Below, piece by piece: positions 37,285 to 46,656 of a stretch of 64,000 bases of DNA (positions within the stretch are counted from its first letter, which is position 1; each line of letters opens with the position of its first letter). The translations under genes and the position numbers were made by a program. Below the pieces are notes generated by a model. It worked only from the letters and a program-made list of their open reading frames with translations. It made no database searches and was not told the DNA's origin. Source of the DNA: an uncultured Clostridia bacterium (GTDB taxonomy: Bacteria > Bacillota > Clostridia > Christensenellales > CAG-314); the NCBI GenBank assembly GCA_947586855.1, contig CANPXV010000003.1, positions 24,274 through 88,273 on the forward strand, in the 5' to 3' direction.

Positions 37285-37368
37285 CAGTTGAACGGCTTAT
37301 GTGCGTTCATTCCCGCCAACTCACTTGTGGCATTGCCCCGAACGGATTAGCTTCGGGGACTTTTTTTG
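37285..37368 (+). ncRNA. candidate small RNA 2 (about 84 nt), paralogue of sRNA 1 with divergent 5' body
   Basis: Same promoter and the same terminator (CCCCGAA...TTCGGGG plus TTTTTTT, 37336-37367). The 5' 50 nt or so differ strongly from copy 1. Confidence 0.4.
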
Positions 37369-38551
37369 CCCACTTGCCCTGCGATTTAGTACGTAGTGTG
37401 GTGGTGCAAACTCGCCGTCGAATCGCTTGCGCCTTGTCTCTCTTCCTCCTCTTTCTTTTCTCTCTTCCTTCCTCTTTTATTTCTTTTTTTTTCTTTTCCC
37501 GCTCCCCTTCTCTTTCACTCTTTTCTTATTTCTCTTTCCCGCCCGTTTGCTGTTTTTTTTGTGTAGCGCAGTGGTGCGTTTTTGCTGCCATCTGGTCGCC
37601 CCGTTCCAGCTTCTCCTCTCACTTCTTTTTTTTCCTTCTTCTATCCTCTCATCTCTCCCACCCGCTACCCGTCCACAACCCTTTTCGCCACCTCTTGCCC
37701 AGCGATTTTGTACGTAGTGTGGTGGTGTCATATTTACGCCGTCGAATAGATTGCGCCATGTCTCTCTTTTTCTTTTTTTCTCTCTTCTTTCTCCCTTATT
37801 TTTTCTCTCCTTTTCTTTCCTCTCCCTTCTCTTTTTTTATTTCTTCCTCTCTTTCTCTTTTCTTTTTCCTTCCCCACCTGTTTTCTGTTTTTTGTGTAGT
37901 GTAGTGGTGCGTTTTTGCTGCCATCTGGTCGCCCCGTTCCAGCTTCTCCTCTCACTTCTTTTTTTTCCTTCTTCTATCCTCTCATCTCTCCCACCCGCTA
38001 CCCGTCCACAACCCTTTTCGCCACCTCTTGCCCAGCGATTTTGTACGTAGTGTGGTGGTGCAAACTCGCCGCCGAATCGCTTGCGCCATGTCTCTCTTTC
38101 TCCTCTTTCTTTTCTCTCTTCCTTCCTCTTTTATTTCTTCTCTTTTCTTTTTCCGCTCCCCTTCTCTTTCACTCTTTTCATATTCCCTTTCCCGCCCGTT
38201 TGCTGTTTTATGTAATATAGTGGTGTAATTTACCAACGCCATCGTATCGATTACGCCCCGTTCCAGCCTCTCTCTTCTTTTTTTCCTTCTCCTTTCTCTT
38301 TTTTTTATTTTTTCTCTTTTCCCCCTCTCCTTTTTTTCTTATTTCCCTTCTCTCTTTTATTTTTTATCCCTTTTATCCTCTCTTTTTTCTTCTTTGCCGG
38401 TCGGAATTTTGGTACAAAGGGGCGAATGAATAAATATGCAAAGGCGATTTATAAATATGCAAAAAAGCGCATAAACATACAAAATATTCTGTATAAACAA
38501 TTTTTCTTGCAAAAACCGTTGTTTTCGGGTGAATAAATATAAAAATAGTTA

Positions 38552-38580
38552 TTGCATTGCGGCGGCAAATATGGTATAAT
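38552..38580 (+). promoter_or_regulatory. gyrBA promoter
   Basis: TTGCAT (38552-38557), 17-nt spacer, TGgTATAAT (TATAAT 38575-38580), in an AT-rich block about 105 nt upstream of the gyrB ATG. Confidence 0.55.
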
Positions 38581-38686
38581 ATCTGCGTTGGAGAGTGCAT
38601 TTTATGCAATTTTGCCTCGGCAGCGGGGCAGGGCTTGCGGTGCGCTCTGCAAAGTACAACGGATACACTCATTCGGAGGATAACAA

Positions 38687-40648
38687 ATGAGCAAAACTTA
38701 CGAAGCAAAAGACATTCAGGTGTTGGAGGGCTTGGATGCCGTGCGTATGCGGCCGGGCATGTACATCGGCACTACGGGGCGCACGGGTCTGCATCACCTG
38801 TTGTGGGAGATAGTGGACAACGCCGTGGACGAGGCCAGCAACGGCTTTGCGGACAGGGTAGAGGTCACACTGCACACGGACGGCAGCGTCACTGTCAGCG
38901 ACAACGGCCGAGGCATACCCGTCGACGAGCACCCGCAGCTAAAAATCAGCGGCGTCGAGGTGGTGTTTACGCAGCTGCACGCAGGCGGCAAGTTCAACAA
39001 CGAAAACTACGCTTTTTCCGGCGGATTGCACGGCGTGGGTGCCAGCGTCACCAATGCGCTTTCGTCCTGGCTGACGGTCAACGTCAAAAAGAACGGCTAC
39101 GAGTACGAGCAGCACTTTCACAGCCCCACCGACGCCAATGGCAAGGTGCTAAGCGGCGTCCCCAAGGATCACCTCACCAAGATTGGTCCCACCGATCAGC
39201 ACGGCAGCACGATAACCTTTTTGGCCGATGCCCGAGTGTTCAAAAACATCCAGATGGACTACGACATCATACACAAGCGCATCAAGGAGTTGGCCTTTCT
39301 CAACCGGGGCATCACCTTTGTGCTGACGGACGAGCGTGGTGTGGACGACGACGGCAACGTGCGCAGCGAAACATTCTGCTACAACGGCGGACTGAAAGAC
39401 TTTGTGCTGTACCTCAACGAAAACAAGGCGCCGCTGCACCTCAATCCGCTGTATTGGAGCGGCAAAAACGACACTTTGCAGCTGGAATTTGCCTTTCAAT
39501 ATACCACCAACTACACCGAAAACCTCATTTCTTACGTCAACAATATCCCCACGGGCGAGGGCGGCATGCACGAGACGGGCCTCAAAACGGCCATGACGAA
39601 GGTGTTCAACGACTACGCCCGCAACAAAGGCTTTTTGAAAGCCAAGGACGAAAACCTGCTGGGCGAAGATTTTCGAGAGGGTATCACGTTGGTGATGTCC
39701 GTCAAGATGGCCAACGTGCAGTTTGAGGGGCAAACCAAAACCAAATTGGGCAATGTAGAGGCCAAGATCGCCTGCGAGGCGCTGGCTACCGACGCCTTTG
39801 CCGAGTTGCTCTCCAAAAACAGCTCCGACGCCGAGACCATCATCAAAAAATCCATCGCTTCGGCCAAGGTGAGAGAGGCCGCCCGCAAGGCAAAGGAAGT
39901 CACCCGCCAAAAGAACAGCATTTTCAACAGCACTTTGGTGGGCAAGTTGGCCAGCTGCACGGGCAGGGACGCCTCCAAAAACGAGCTGTTCATCGTGGAA
40001 GGCGACAGCGCAGGCGGCAGCGCCAAGCAAGCCCGCAACCGTCGTTTTCAGGCCATTTTGCCGCTGAGAGGCAAGCCGCTCAATGCCGAGCGCAAGCGTA
40101 TCGACCAGGTGTTGGCCAACGAGGAGATCCGCTCCCTCATCAACGCCCTGGATACGGGCATAGGAGAAGAGGACTTCAACATCGACGACCTCAAATACAA
40201 CAAGATAATCATTTTGTCCGACGCCGACCAGGACGGCGCCCACATCAGGGCCATTTTGCTTACCTTTTTCTTCCGCTACATGCGAGAGCTCATCACCGAC
40301 GGCCACGTGTACATTGGCATGCCGCCGCTGTACAAGATCTCCAAGAAGGACAAGGTGCGCTACGCCTACGACGACTACGAATTGCAGGAGATCGTCGGCG
40401 AGTTCGGCCGAGGCTACGACCTGCAACGCTACAAGGGATTGGGCGAGATGAACGCCGAGCAGCTGTGGGAGACCACCATGAACCCCGAAACCCGCACCCT
40501 TATGCGTGTCACCATCGAAAACATCTCCGAGGCGGAGCGCATGGTGACCACCCTCATGGGGGATCAGATCGACGCGCGCAAGGCGTACATCACAGAAAAC
40601 GCCGATTTCAACAAGGACAACGACGCCCTGTTCGACAAATTGGTGTAG
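38687..40648 (+). CDS. gyrB: DNA gyrase subunit B
   Basis: YEAKDIQVLEGLDAVRMRPGMYIG, HHLLWEIVDNAVDE, GGLHGVGASV, EGDSAGGSAKQARNR, PLRGK, DADQDGAHI. Confidence 0.95.
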   Translation: MSKTYEAKDIQVLEGLDAVRMRPGMYIGTTGRTGLHHLLWEIVDNAVDEASNGFADRVEVTLHTDGSVTVSDNGRGIPVDEHPQLKISGVEVVFTQLHAGGKFNNENYAFSGGLHGVGASVTNALSSWLTVNVKKNGYEYEQHFHSPTDANGKVLSGVPKDHLTKIGPTDQHGSTITFLADARVFKNIQMDYDIIHKRIKELAFLNRGITFVLTDERGVDDDGNVRSETFCYNGGLKDFVLYLNENKAPLHLNPLYWSGKNDTLQLEFAFQYTTNYTENLISYVNNIPTGEGGMHETGLKTAMTKVFNDYARNKGFLKAKDENLLGEDFREGITLVMSVKMANVQFEGQTKTKLGNVEAKIACEALATDAFAELLSKNSSDAETIIKKSIASAKVREAARKAKEVTRQKNSIFNSTLVGKLASCTGRDASKNELFIVEGDSAGGSAKQARNRRFQAILPLRGKPLNAERKRIDQVLANEEIRSLINALDTGIGEEDFNIDDLKYNKIIILSDADQDGAHIRAILLTFFFRYMRELITDGHVYIGMPPLYKISKKDKVRYAYDDYELQEIVGEFGRGYDLQRYKGLGEMNAEQLWETTMNPETRTLMRVTIENISEAERMVTTLMGDQIDARKAYITENADFNKDNDALFDKLV

Positions 40649-40660
40649 CGAGGTGACAAA

Positions 40661-43141
40661 ATGAGCAAACAAGTAGATATTTTCGATTTGGAACACAGCG
40701 ACATAGTAAAAATGGAGGACGGCAGCAACCTGCTTACCAAGCCAATGGAGGTGGTGATGCACGAATCCATGATGCCCTATGCCGAGCACGTAATATTGGA
40801 TAGGGCGTTGCCCCGTGTGGAGGACGGCCTCAAACCCGTCCAGCGCCGCATATTGTACTCGATGTACGAGCAGGGCAACACTCCCGACAAGCCCACACGC
40901 AAGTCCGCCCGTATCGTGGGCGACTGCATGGGCCGCTATCACCCCCACGGCGACAGCTCCATCTACGATGCAATGGTGCGTATGGCGCAACCCTTTGCCA
41001 TGAACGTGCCCTTGATCATCGGTCAGGGCAACTTCGGCAACATCGACGGCGACAGCGCCGCAGCCATGCGTTACACCGAGGCCAAGCTGTCTCCCTGCGC
41101 ATTGGAGCTGCTTCGGGATATCGAAAAGGACACCGTCCGCTGGTCCCGCAACTTCGACGACACCACCAAGGAGCCGGACATGCTGCCGGGACGCTTTCCC
41201 AATCTGTTGGTAAACGGCGCCACGGGCATAGCGGTTGGCCTTGCAACCAACATCCCGCCCCACAACTTTGGCGAGGTGATAGACGGCACAATTGCCTACA
41301 TCGACAACCCCCGCATTTCGTTGCAATCCATGATGAAGATCATCAAAGGGCCGGATTTTCCCACGGGCGGGCACGTCATCCCCGGCGACGGCCTTGCCCA
41401 GGCCTACGAGACGGGCAAGGGCAAGATAACCATTCGTGCCAAAATGCACATCGAGGTGGCACCCGGCGACAGGCGCAACATCGTCATCACCGAGATCCCC
41501 TACGGTCTCAGCAAGGCGGATATGCTGATAAAAATCGCCGCCTTGAAGGACGAAAAGAAGGAGATGTTTGCCGGAATAGCCGAGATCGTCGACGAAAGCG
41601 ACAAGGAAGGTTTGCGTGCCGTCATCAAGTTGCGCAAGGATTGCGACTTGGCCCAAGTGGTGCAAAACCTGTTCAAATACTCGCAATTGCAGGTCAGCTA
41701 TGGCATCAACATGGTGGCCATCGCCGACGGCAAGCCCCAGCTGATGGGCCTGCTTGACATCATCGCCTACTATGTGGCCTACCAGCGGGACGTCATTCTC
41801 AAACGCAGCAAGTTCGAGCTGGAAGAGGCCAAGGAGCGTGCGCACATACTGCAAGGTCTGGTCATCGCCGTCACCAACATCGACGAGGTGATACGGATAA
41901 TCAAAAACTCCGCAGGCACCACGGACGCCCGCAACAAGCTGAGGGAGCGCTTCGACTTGTCCGAGCGGCAGGCGCAGGCCATTCTCGATTTGCGTCTGGC
42001 CCGCCTCACCAAGCTGGAAGTAAACAAGCTGGAAAACGAACTGAAAGAGTTGGAGCACACAATTGCACGCCTCAACATCATCATCAACAGCCGCAAGGAG
42101 CAGATGAACCTCATCAAGACCGAGCTGACCGTGCTCAAACGCAACTACAAAACGCCCCGCCTGTCGGAGATTTGCAAGAGCGAGGAGGACGCCGTTATCC
42201 CCAGCGAAACGGACGAAAAACCCGTCGAAACGGTGGTGGTGGGCATTTCCGCCGACTACACAGTCAAGCGCATACCCGTCAAAAACTTCAATCTCTCGCA
42301 AAAGGACGCCATCGGCAGCAGCTCGGCGGAGCTGTTGACCCGTGCCGTGGAGACCAAGACGGACGTCAACGTGATGTTTTTCAGCAATCTGGGCAACTGC
42401 TTCCGTATCAAGGCGGGGGACTTGCCGGAGATCCGCTATCGGGATACGGGCGTGATGCTAAGCCACATCTTCCCCGAGGCGCAGATGGGCGAGCTGCCCG
42501 TGGCCGTCTTTGCCCAAAACAGCGACGACACCGGCGGCGAACTGCTGTTCTACACCCGTCAGGGCATGATCAAGCGCACCGCCTGGAGCGAGTATCAACT
42601 GCTAAAACCCGTGTTTCAGGGCTACAAGGGCAAGGACGATGACGAAGTGTTCAAGGTGGAGCTGGTGCGCCCCGACACGGAGATATTCTACGTCACCAAC
42701 AGGGGCGGCTGCACCCGTTTCGACGTGGCCGAGGTGCCCTTGCAAGGCCGTGTGGCGGGCGGCGTGCATTGTATCAACCTGTCCGACTCCGAATACGTCA
42801 TGTTTGCGGGTCAGGTAAGCGGCGGCGAGGTGCTGCTTGTCACCAACAAGGGCTTTATGAAGCGCCTGCCCGTCAGCGAAATCGCCAAGCACGCCCGCAA
42901 CTGCAAGGGCGCCAAGGGTATCGAGTTCGGCGTCAACGGCAGCAGTATCGTGTTTGCCGACTACCCCGCAAATGGCTCCTTCAAGCTGGCCGTCTACGAC
43001 AGGGCCAACACCTATGTTGTGGATAGCGCCGATGTCTCGGTGGAAAACAAAAACCACAAGGGCAAGCTGCCTCTGGGCAAAAAGGGCGGCATAGCGGTGG
43101 AAAAAATCATCCGCTACTGCACCGAGTCGGAAAAGATTTAG
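40661..43141 (+). CDS. gyrA: DNA gyrase subunit A
   Basis: [46 protein letters not shown] (catalytic Tyr region), C-terminal beta-pinwheel repeats. Confidence 0.95.
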   Translation: MSKQVDIFDLEHSDIVKMEDGSNLLTKPMEVVMHESMMPYAEHVILDRALPRVEDGLKPVQRRILYSMYEQGNTPDKPTRKSARIVGDCMGRYHPHGDSSIYDAMVRMAQPFAMNVPLIIGQGNFGNIDGDSAAAMRYTEAKLSPCALELLRDIEKDTVRWSRNFDDTTKEPDMLPGRFPNLLVNGATGIAVGLATNIPPHNFGEVIDGTIAYIDNPRISLQSMMKIIKGPDFPTGGHVIPGDGLAQAYETGKGKITIRAKMHIEVAPGDRRNIVITEIPYGLSKADMLIKIAALKDEKKEMFAGIAEIVDESDKEGLRAVIKLRKDCDLAQVVQNLFKYSQLQVSYGINMVAIADGKPQLMGLLDIIAYYVAYQRDVILKRSKFELEEAKERAHILQGLVIAVTNIDEVIRIIKNSAGTTDARNKLRERFDLSERQAQAILDLRLARLTKLEVNKLENELKELEHTIARLNIIINSRKEQMNLIKTELTVLKRNYKTPRLSEICKSEEDAVIPSETDEKPVETVVVGISADYTVKRIPVKNFNLSQKDAIGSSSAELLTRAVETKTDVNVMFFSNLGNCFRIKAGDLPEIRYRDTGVMLSHIFPEAQMGELPVAVFAQNSDDTGGELLFYTRQGMIKRTAWSEYQLLKPVFQGYKGKDDDEVFKVELVRPDTEIFYVTNRGGCTRFDVAEVPLQGRVAGGVHCINLSDSEYVMFAGQVSGGEVLLVTNKGFMKRLPVSEIAKHARNCKGAKGIEFGVNGSSIVFADYPANGSFKLAVYDRANTYVVDSADVSVENKNHKGKLPLGKKGGIAVEKIIRYCTESEKI

Positions 43142-43142
43142 C

Positions 43143-43295
43143 TTTGTCGGATTATCGCCTCGTCGGGATAGATTTACTTCCGTTGGAAAGATATCGTCTT
43201 GTCGGAGATATAGTTGTGTCGGATATATGGACTCGTCGGCAGAGATTTAACCTCCGTCTGATAAGATATATTCCCTCGGATAAAGATTTTAGTCT
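43143..43295 (+). repeat. array of about 8 degenerate 17-20-bp direct repeats (core GTCGGA-N-AKAT)
   Basis: Cores near 43147, 43163, 43183, 43201, 43219, 43236, 43256 and 43276, e.g. gtcggattat, gtcgggatagat, gtcggagatat, gtcggatatat. Lies immediately after the gyrA stop. Confidence 0.55.
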
Positions 43296-43407
43296 TTTCT
43301 GTACTCATTCCCGCAGTGGTGCGATTTTGCCCGCAACTACTTCGATTTTTGCAGAAATATAGAATACTATTTCACACATAGTATCCCAAAACACTCATTT
43401 TAATAAC

Positions 43408-43444
43408 AAAAAAAAGCCCTTCTGCAACCGAGAAGGGCTTTTTG
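43408..43444. terminator. bidirectional intrinsic terminator (gyrA side / trmB side)
   Basis: A-run, GCCCTTCT-gcaaccg-AGAAGGGC, T-run. Reads as a terminator on both strands. Confidence 0.75.
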
Positions 43445-44128
43445 CTATTCCTTGCGCAAATGCACTTTCAGCTCAAGTATGGGCAGGCCGAGGCTGCGAA
43501 ATTTTGCCTCGTACTCCGTCACGATATTGTCGTCGGCGTCGGGCAGGTCGTAGCACACGTCCGTCACTTCAAAGCCGTTTTGCGCATAGCTTTCCAACGA
43601 CCATTCAAAAAAATCCCTGTTGTCCGTTTTCTGGCGTATCTCGCCGTCGTCCGTCAGCAGCGTCTTGTATTTTTCCAAAAAGTTTTTGCTTGTCAACCTG
43701 CGATTGGCGTAGGTTTTTTTGGGGAAGGGGCAGCTGAAATTGAGCGCAATACGGCTTATCGAGTGAGGGGGCAGGTATCTGTCCAGATTTTCCGCCCGCA
43801 CGTTGAGGAAGCGCAGATTGGGAAGGTGCAGCGGCAGTGCGTTTTCGCAAGCAACCACAATCACATTGGACAGTTTTTCCACCGCAACAAAGTTCAGCTC
43901 GGGGTGGCGTTGTGCGCTTTGGATAGCCCAGGCGCCCTTGCCGCAGCCGATTTCCAGCACAACGGGTTGCACCTCGTCAAATGCGTGGGCGATATCTATG
44001 CGATAGGCCAGCTTTTGCTGTTCGGTCAGGGTGTAGTAGCCGTCGCCTTCTCGTGCAAGCAGCAGCTCTCCGCACTGCGCAATGCGTTCTTCCAGATGTT
44101 TTTTGAGGCGCATGCGCATATCAGTCAA
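43445..44128 (-). CDS. trmB: tRNA (guanine46-N7)-methyltransferase
   Basis: VVLEIGCGKGAW (SAM motif I), NFVAVE, LNFSCPFPKK, TDN..FFEW - a typical TrmB layout. Confidence 0.85.
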   Translation of the reverse strand: MTDMRMRLKKHLEERIAQCGELLLAREGDGYYTLTEQQKLAYRIDIAHAFDEVQPVVLEIGCGKGAWAIQSAQRHPELNFVAVEKLSNVIVVACENALPLHLPNLRFLNVRAENLDRYLPPHSISRIALNFSCPFPKKTYANRRLTSKNFLEKYKTLLTDDGEIRQKTDNRDFFEWSLESYAQNGFEVTDVCYDLPDADDNIVTEYEAKFRSLGLPILELKVHLRKE

Positions 44129-46217
44129 GGCCCTCCAACTCTTGCAGCCACACGTCGGGGCAGGCGTCGGTGGGGATGCGCAGGCTCATCTTGGACAGGT
44201 CCACCGAGCCCAGCCGAACGCTGTCGGGGGTGCAGCTGCGCTTAAACTGCTGCGAAAAGAACCTTTTCACAAAAAATCTCAGCCATTTCAGGATGGTGGC
44301 GTCGTCGTATATACCCGCAAAGGAGCGTTTTGCCAGCTCAAACACCTTGCGCGCGCCAAAGCCCTTGCGCACGATCAAAAACAAAAAGTAGTCGTGCAGT
44401 TGATAGGGCCCCACGCTGTTTTCGGTGATCTGCGCAATGTTACCCTCGCTGTCGGTGGGCAGCAATTCGGGGCTGACGGGCGTTTCGATGATGTCGTGCA
44501 GCACCTTTTTCAGCGTCCCCTTGCTGTGATGTTCGCAGTGGGCCAGCAGCGTTTTTACCAACGTTTTGGGCACCGAGGCAATGGCGGCATACATGCTCAT
44601 CTGGTCGCCGTTGAAGGTGCTCCAACCCAGCGCCGCCTCGCTCATATCGCCCGTGCCCACAACCAGGCCATTTTCGGCATTGGCGATGTCCATCAGCACC
44701 TGCGTGCGCTCTCGGGCCTGGGCGTTTTCGTAGACGGTGTCGGGGGCAAAGTTGTGCCCGATGTCCTTCAAATGCTGCGTCACGGCGGCGGATATGTCGA
44801 TCTGGCGCACTTCGCAGCCCAATTCGCTCATCAGCGACAGGCTGTTGCCAAGGGTGCGCTTGCTTGTGCCAAAGCAGGGCATTGTCACCGCCACAATATC
44901 CTTGGCGCTGCGGTTGGATAGCTCCAACGCCCGTTTTGCCACCAGCAGTGCAAGGGTGCTGTCGCTGCCGCCCGATACGCCCAGCACCAGCTTTTTGGCG
45001 CCGATGTGGTCGATGCGCTTTTTCAGGCCAAAGCTGAGTATCGTCAATGCCCTTTCGCACACCTCGTCGGCGTTTTCGACGGGCACAAACGGGTTGGGAT
45101 CGTAGGTGCGGGCCACGCCTTTCAGCGGCAGGCAAAAGCTCACAACGTCGTAGCCATCGGGCGTGCGACCCTTGTCCAGACGGGCACGCTCGTTCCGGAT
45201 AAAGTCAAAGTCCGCCACGGCCTCGACATATCCGCTGCCAAAGGGTTGCGCCTCGGCCAGGCACTGTCCGTTTTCGCACACCATATTGTGCGCCGAAAAC
45301 ACCGTCGCCGAGGTGGATTCGCTTGGCCCCGACGAGCAATATGCGTAGATAACGCCGCACTTTGCCGACTGTATCTCTATCATTTTTTTGCGGTAGGCCG
45401 CCTTTACGATGGTCTCGTTGCTGCTGGACAGGTTAAGCACCGCATTGGCCCCCGCCGCCGCATGTCCCACCGATGGCGAATCGGCCACCCACACATCCTC
45501 GCACACCTCCACGGCAAAGCGCATTTCGCTGTGGAGGGCGTTGTCAAACAGCAGCCTCACGCCAAATGGCACCTGCTTGCCCAGCAGATAAACGGTGGTG
45601 TTGGGGCCGTCGTAGGGGCAAAAAAACCGCTTTTCCATAAACTCGTTGTAGTTGGGCAGATTTTTTTTGGGGATAACGCCCAGCACCTGCCCATGCAGCA
45701 GCACCGCAGCCACGTTGTACAGCCGCCCGTCGTTGCCGCACAGAGGCAGCCCCACAACAGTGATCACGTCCAGATCGGCCAAGGCCGCAGCGATGTCGCA
45801 GAGAGAAGTTACCGCCGCATTGCGCAAGCTGTCAGAGAAAAACAAATCGCCGCAGGTGTAGCCCGTCACGGATAGCTCCGGCAGCACGGCAATCTGCACG
45901 TTGTTTTGGGCGGCTTGGCGCACAGCCTCGACGATCTTTTTGGCGTTGAAGTCGCAATCGCCCACACGCACCTCGGGGCTGATGCAGGCAATGGCCACCA
46001 TGCCCAGGTAGGGTGCGTCGGTGCCCAGCAGCCACTGTTCCGATACGTCCAACGCCGCCGCCAGACGGCTCAGCTTGTCCGGACGGACGCTTTTCAGCTC
46101 TCCGCTCATGATTTTGTTGACGGTGCCCTGCGACAATCCGCTGCTCTCCGCCAGCTGTTTGAGGGTGCAGCCCTTTTGCCTTTTTGCTTCGTTAAGTTTT
46201 GCCACGATGTTTTGCAT
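44121..46217 (-). CDS. nadE: glutamine-dependent NAD+ synthetase with N-terminal XRE-type HTH domain
   Basis: Residues 1-65: HTH (CTLKQLAESSGLSQGTVNKIMSG). Then a CN-hydrolase domain (VLPELSVTGYTCGDLF). Then an NAD-synthase PP-loop (VLGVSGGSDSTLALLV). Confidence 0.85.
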   Translation of the reverse strand: MQNIVAKLNEAKRQKGCTLKQLAESSGLSQGTVNKIMSGELKSVRPDKLSRLAAALDVSEQWLLGTDAPYLGMVAIACISPEVRVGDCDFNAKKIVEAVRQAAQNNVQIAVLPELSVTGYTCGDLFFSDSLRNAAVTSLCDIAAALADLDVITVVGLPLCGNDGRLYNVAAVLLHGQVLGVIPKKNLPNYNEFMEKRFFCPYDGPNTTVYLLGKQVPFGVRLLFDNALHSEMRFAVEVCEDVWVADSPSVGHAAAGANAVLNLSSSNETIVKAAYRKKMIEIQSAKCGVIYAYCSSGPSESTSATVFSAHNMVCENGQCLAEAQPFGSGYVEAVADFDFIRNERARLDKGRTPDGYDVVSFCLPLKGVARTYDPNPFVPVENADEVCERALTILSFGLKKRIDHIGAKKLVLGVSGGSDSTLALLVAKRALELSNRSAKDIVAVTMPCFGTSKRTLGNSLSLMSELGCEVRQIDISAAVTQHLKDIGHNFAPDTVYENAQARERTQVLMDIANAENGLVVGTGDMSEAALGWSTFNGDQMSMYAAIASVPKTLVKTLLAHCEHHSKGTLKKVLHDIIETPVSPELLPTDSEGNIAQITENSVGPYQLHDYFLFLIVRKGFGARKVFELAKRSFAGIYDDATILKWLRFFVKRFFSQQFKRSCTPDSVRLGSVDLSKMSLRIPTDACPDVWLQELEGLD

Positions 46218-46543
46218 ATTTTCTCCATTTTTTTGCGATTTTTTTTGTTTTTTGCCCTTGATAACGCTCTTCCGCCCAAATTTCAGGCACCTTTGCGCCC
46301 GAATTTTTAACGATTGTGCGCTCTATAAGGGCGATTTTTTACTTGATTTTTAGCAAGTTTGCTGCCTTGCGCCCTGCACAAACGTGATTTTTTTGTTTCC
46401 GCTTTTGCAGGACAGCAAATTTTATTCTCAATATATTTTACTCTCAATCGATTATAAAATCAACAAAATCGCAACGCAAAATTTATAAAAAATTCAGTGT
46501 CCCGCTTGTTCATTTGCAAGATTTTATAAAATCCGCCCCTCAC

Positions 46544-46563
46544 CGCCGCACGCCCTTGTCCAA
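46544..46563 (+). repeat. left copy of 20-nt direct repeat flanking the Dpn-type island
   Basis: cgccgcacgcccttgtccaa. The partner at 49414-49433 is cgccgcacgcccttggtcaa (19/20 identical, same orientation). Confidence 0.5.
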
Positions 46564-46602
46564 TACAAAATCGCAACAATTTTTGCCCACCCTTTTCCGA
46601 TA

Positions 46603-46636
46603 CGAAAAAAAACACGAGATTTGTCCTCGTGCTTTT
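46603..46636 (-). terminator. intrinsic terminator of the island operon
   Basis: On the - strand: CACGAG-gacaaat-CTCGTG followed by TTTTTTTT. Confidence 0.7.
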
Positions 46637-46656
46637 CATTTCACATTTTCCATTAT

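Larger units (their letters stand above)
36637..38395 (+). repeat. five-module composite tandem array (conserved boxes + C/T tracts) upstream of gyrB
   Basis: Modules start near 36637, 37094, 37561, 37894 and 38217. 37561-37727 and 37894-38060 are 165/167 identical. C-boxes at 36866-36935 and 37368-37437 are near-identical. The intervening C/T tracts diverge. Confidence 0.85.

Noticed and set aside
36797-38242. Multiple ORFs (F/L/S-rich on +, K/E/R-rich on -) across the C/T tracts. Similar ORFs lie at 12873-13139, 13978-14802, 49991-50748 and 54402-55190.
   Set aside because: Their amino-acid composition simply mirrors translation of homopyrimidine/homopurine DNA. All three frames are open, there are no RBSs, and repeat-unit boundaries do not respect a reading frame. 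I treat them as non-coding repeats.
36637-38395. Possible CRISPR array
   Set aside because: The repeat units are about 330-500 bp composites, not 24-48-bp repeats with unique spacers of similar size. There are no cas genes in the window, and the 'spacers' are low-complexity C/T tracts.
39149-42301. 1050-aa ORF on the - strand
   Set aside because: It lies entirely antisense to gyrB/gyrA, whose identity is unambiguous. Its composition is low-information (V/G/A/L/H-rich), typical of shadow ORFs in GC-rich DNA. It has no RBS and no recognisable motifs.
36637-43350. Chromosomal replication origin (oriC) around gyrBA
   Set aside because: gyrB-gyrA often lie near oriC in Firmicutes, and the flanking arrays are iteron-like. 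However, no dnaA/dnaN/recF genes are in the window. I found no canonical TTATCCACA/TGTGGATAA boxes by eye, and gene orientation does not switch here. The idea is kept only as something to test, not as a call.
43144-43362. 72-aa ORF after gyrA
   Set aside because: It is produced by the 17-20-bp direct repeats (the peptide shows a repeating RLVG/DI pattern). It has no RBS and begins 2 nt after the gyrA stop.
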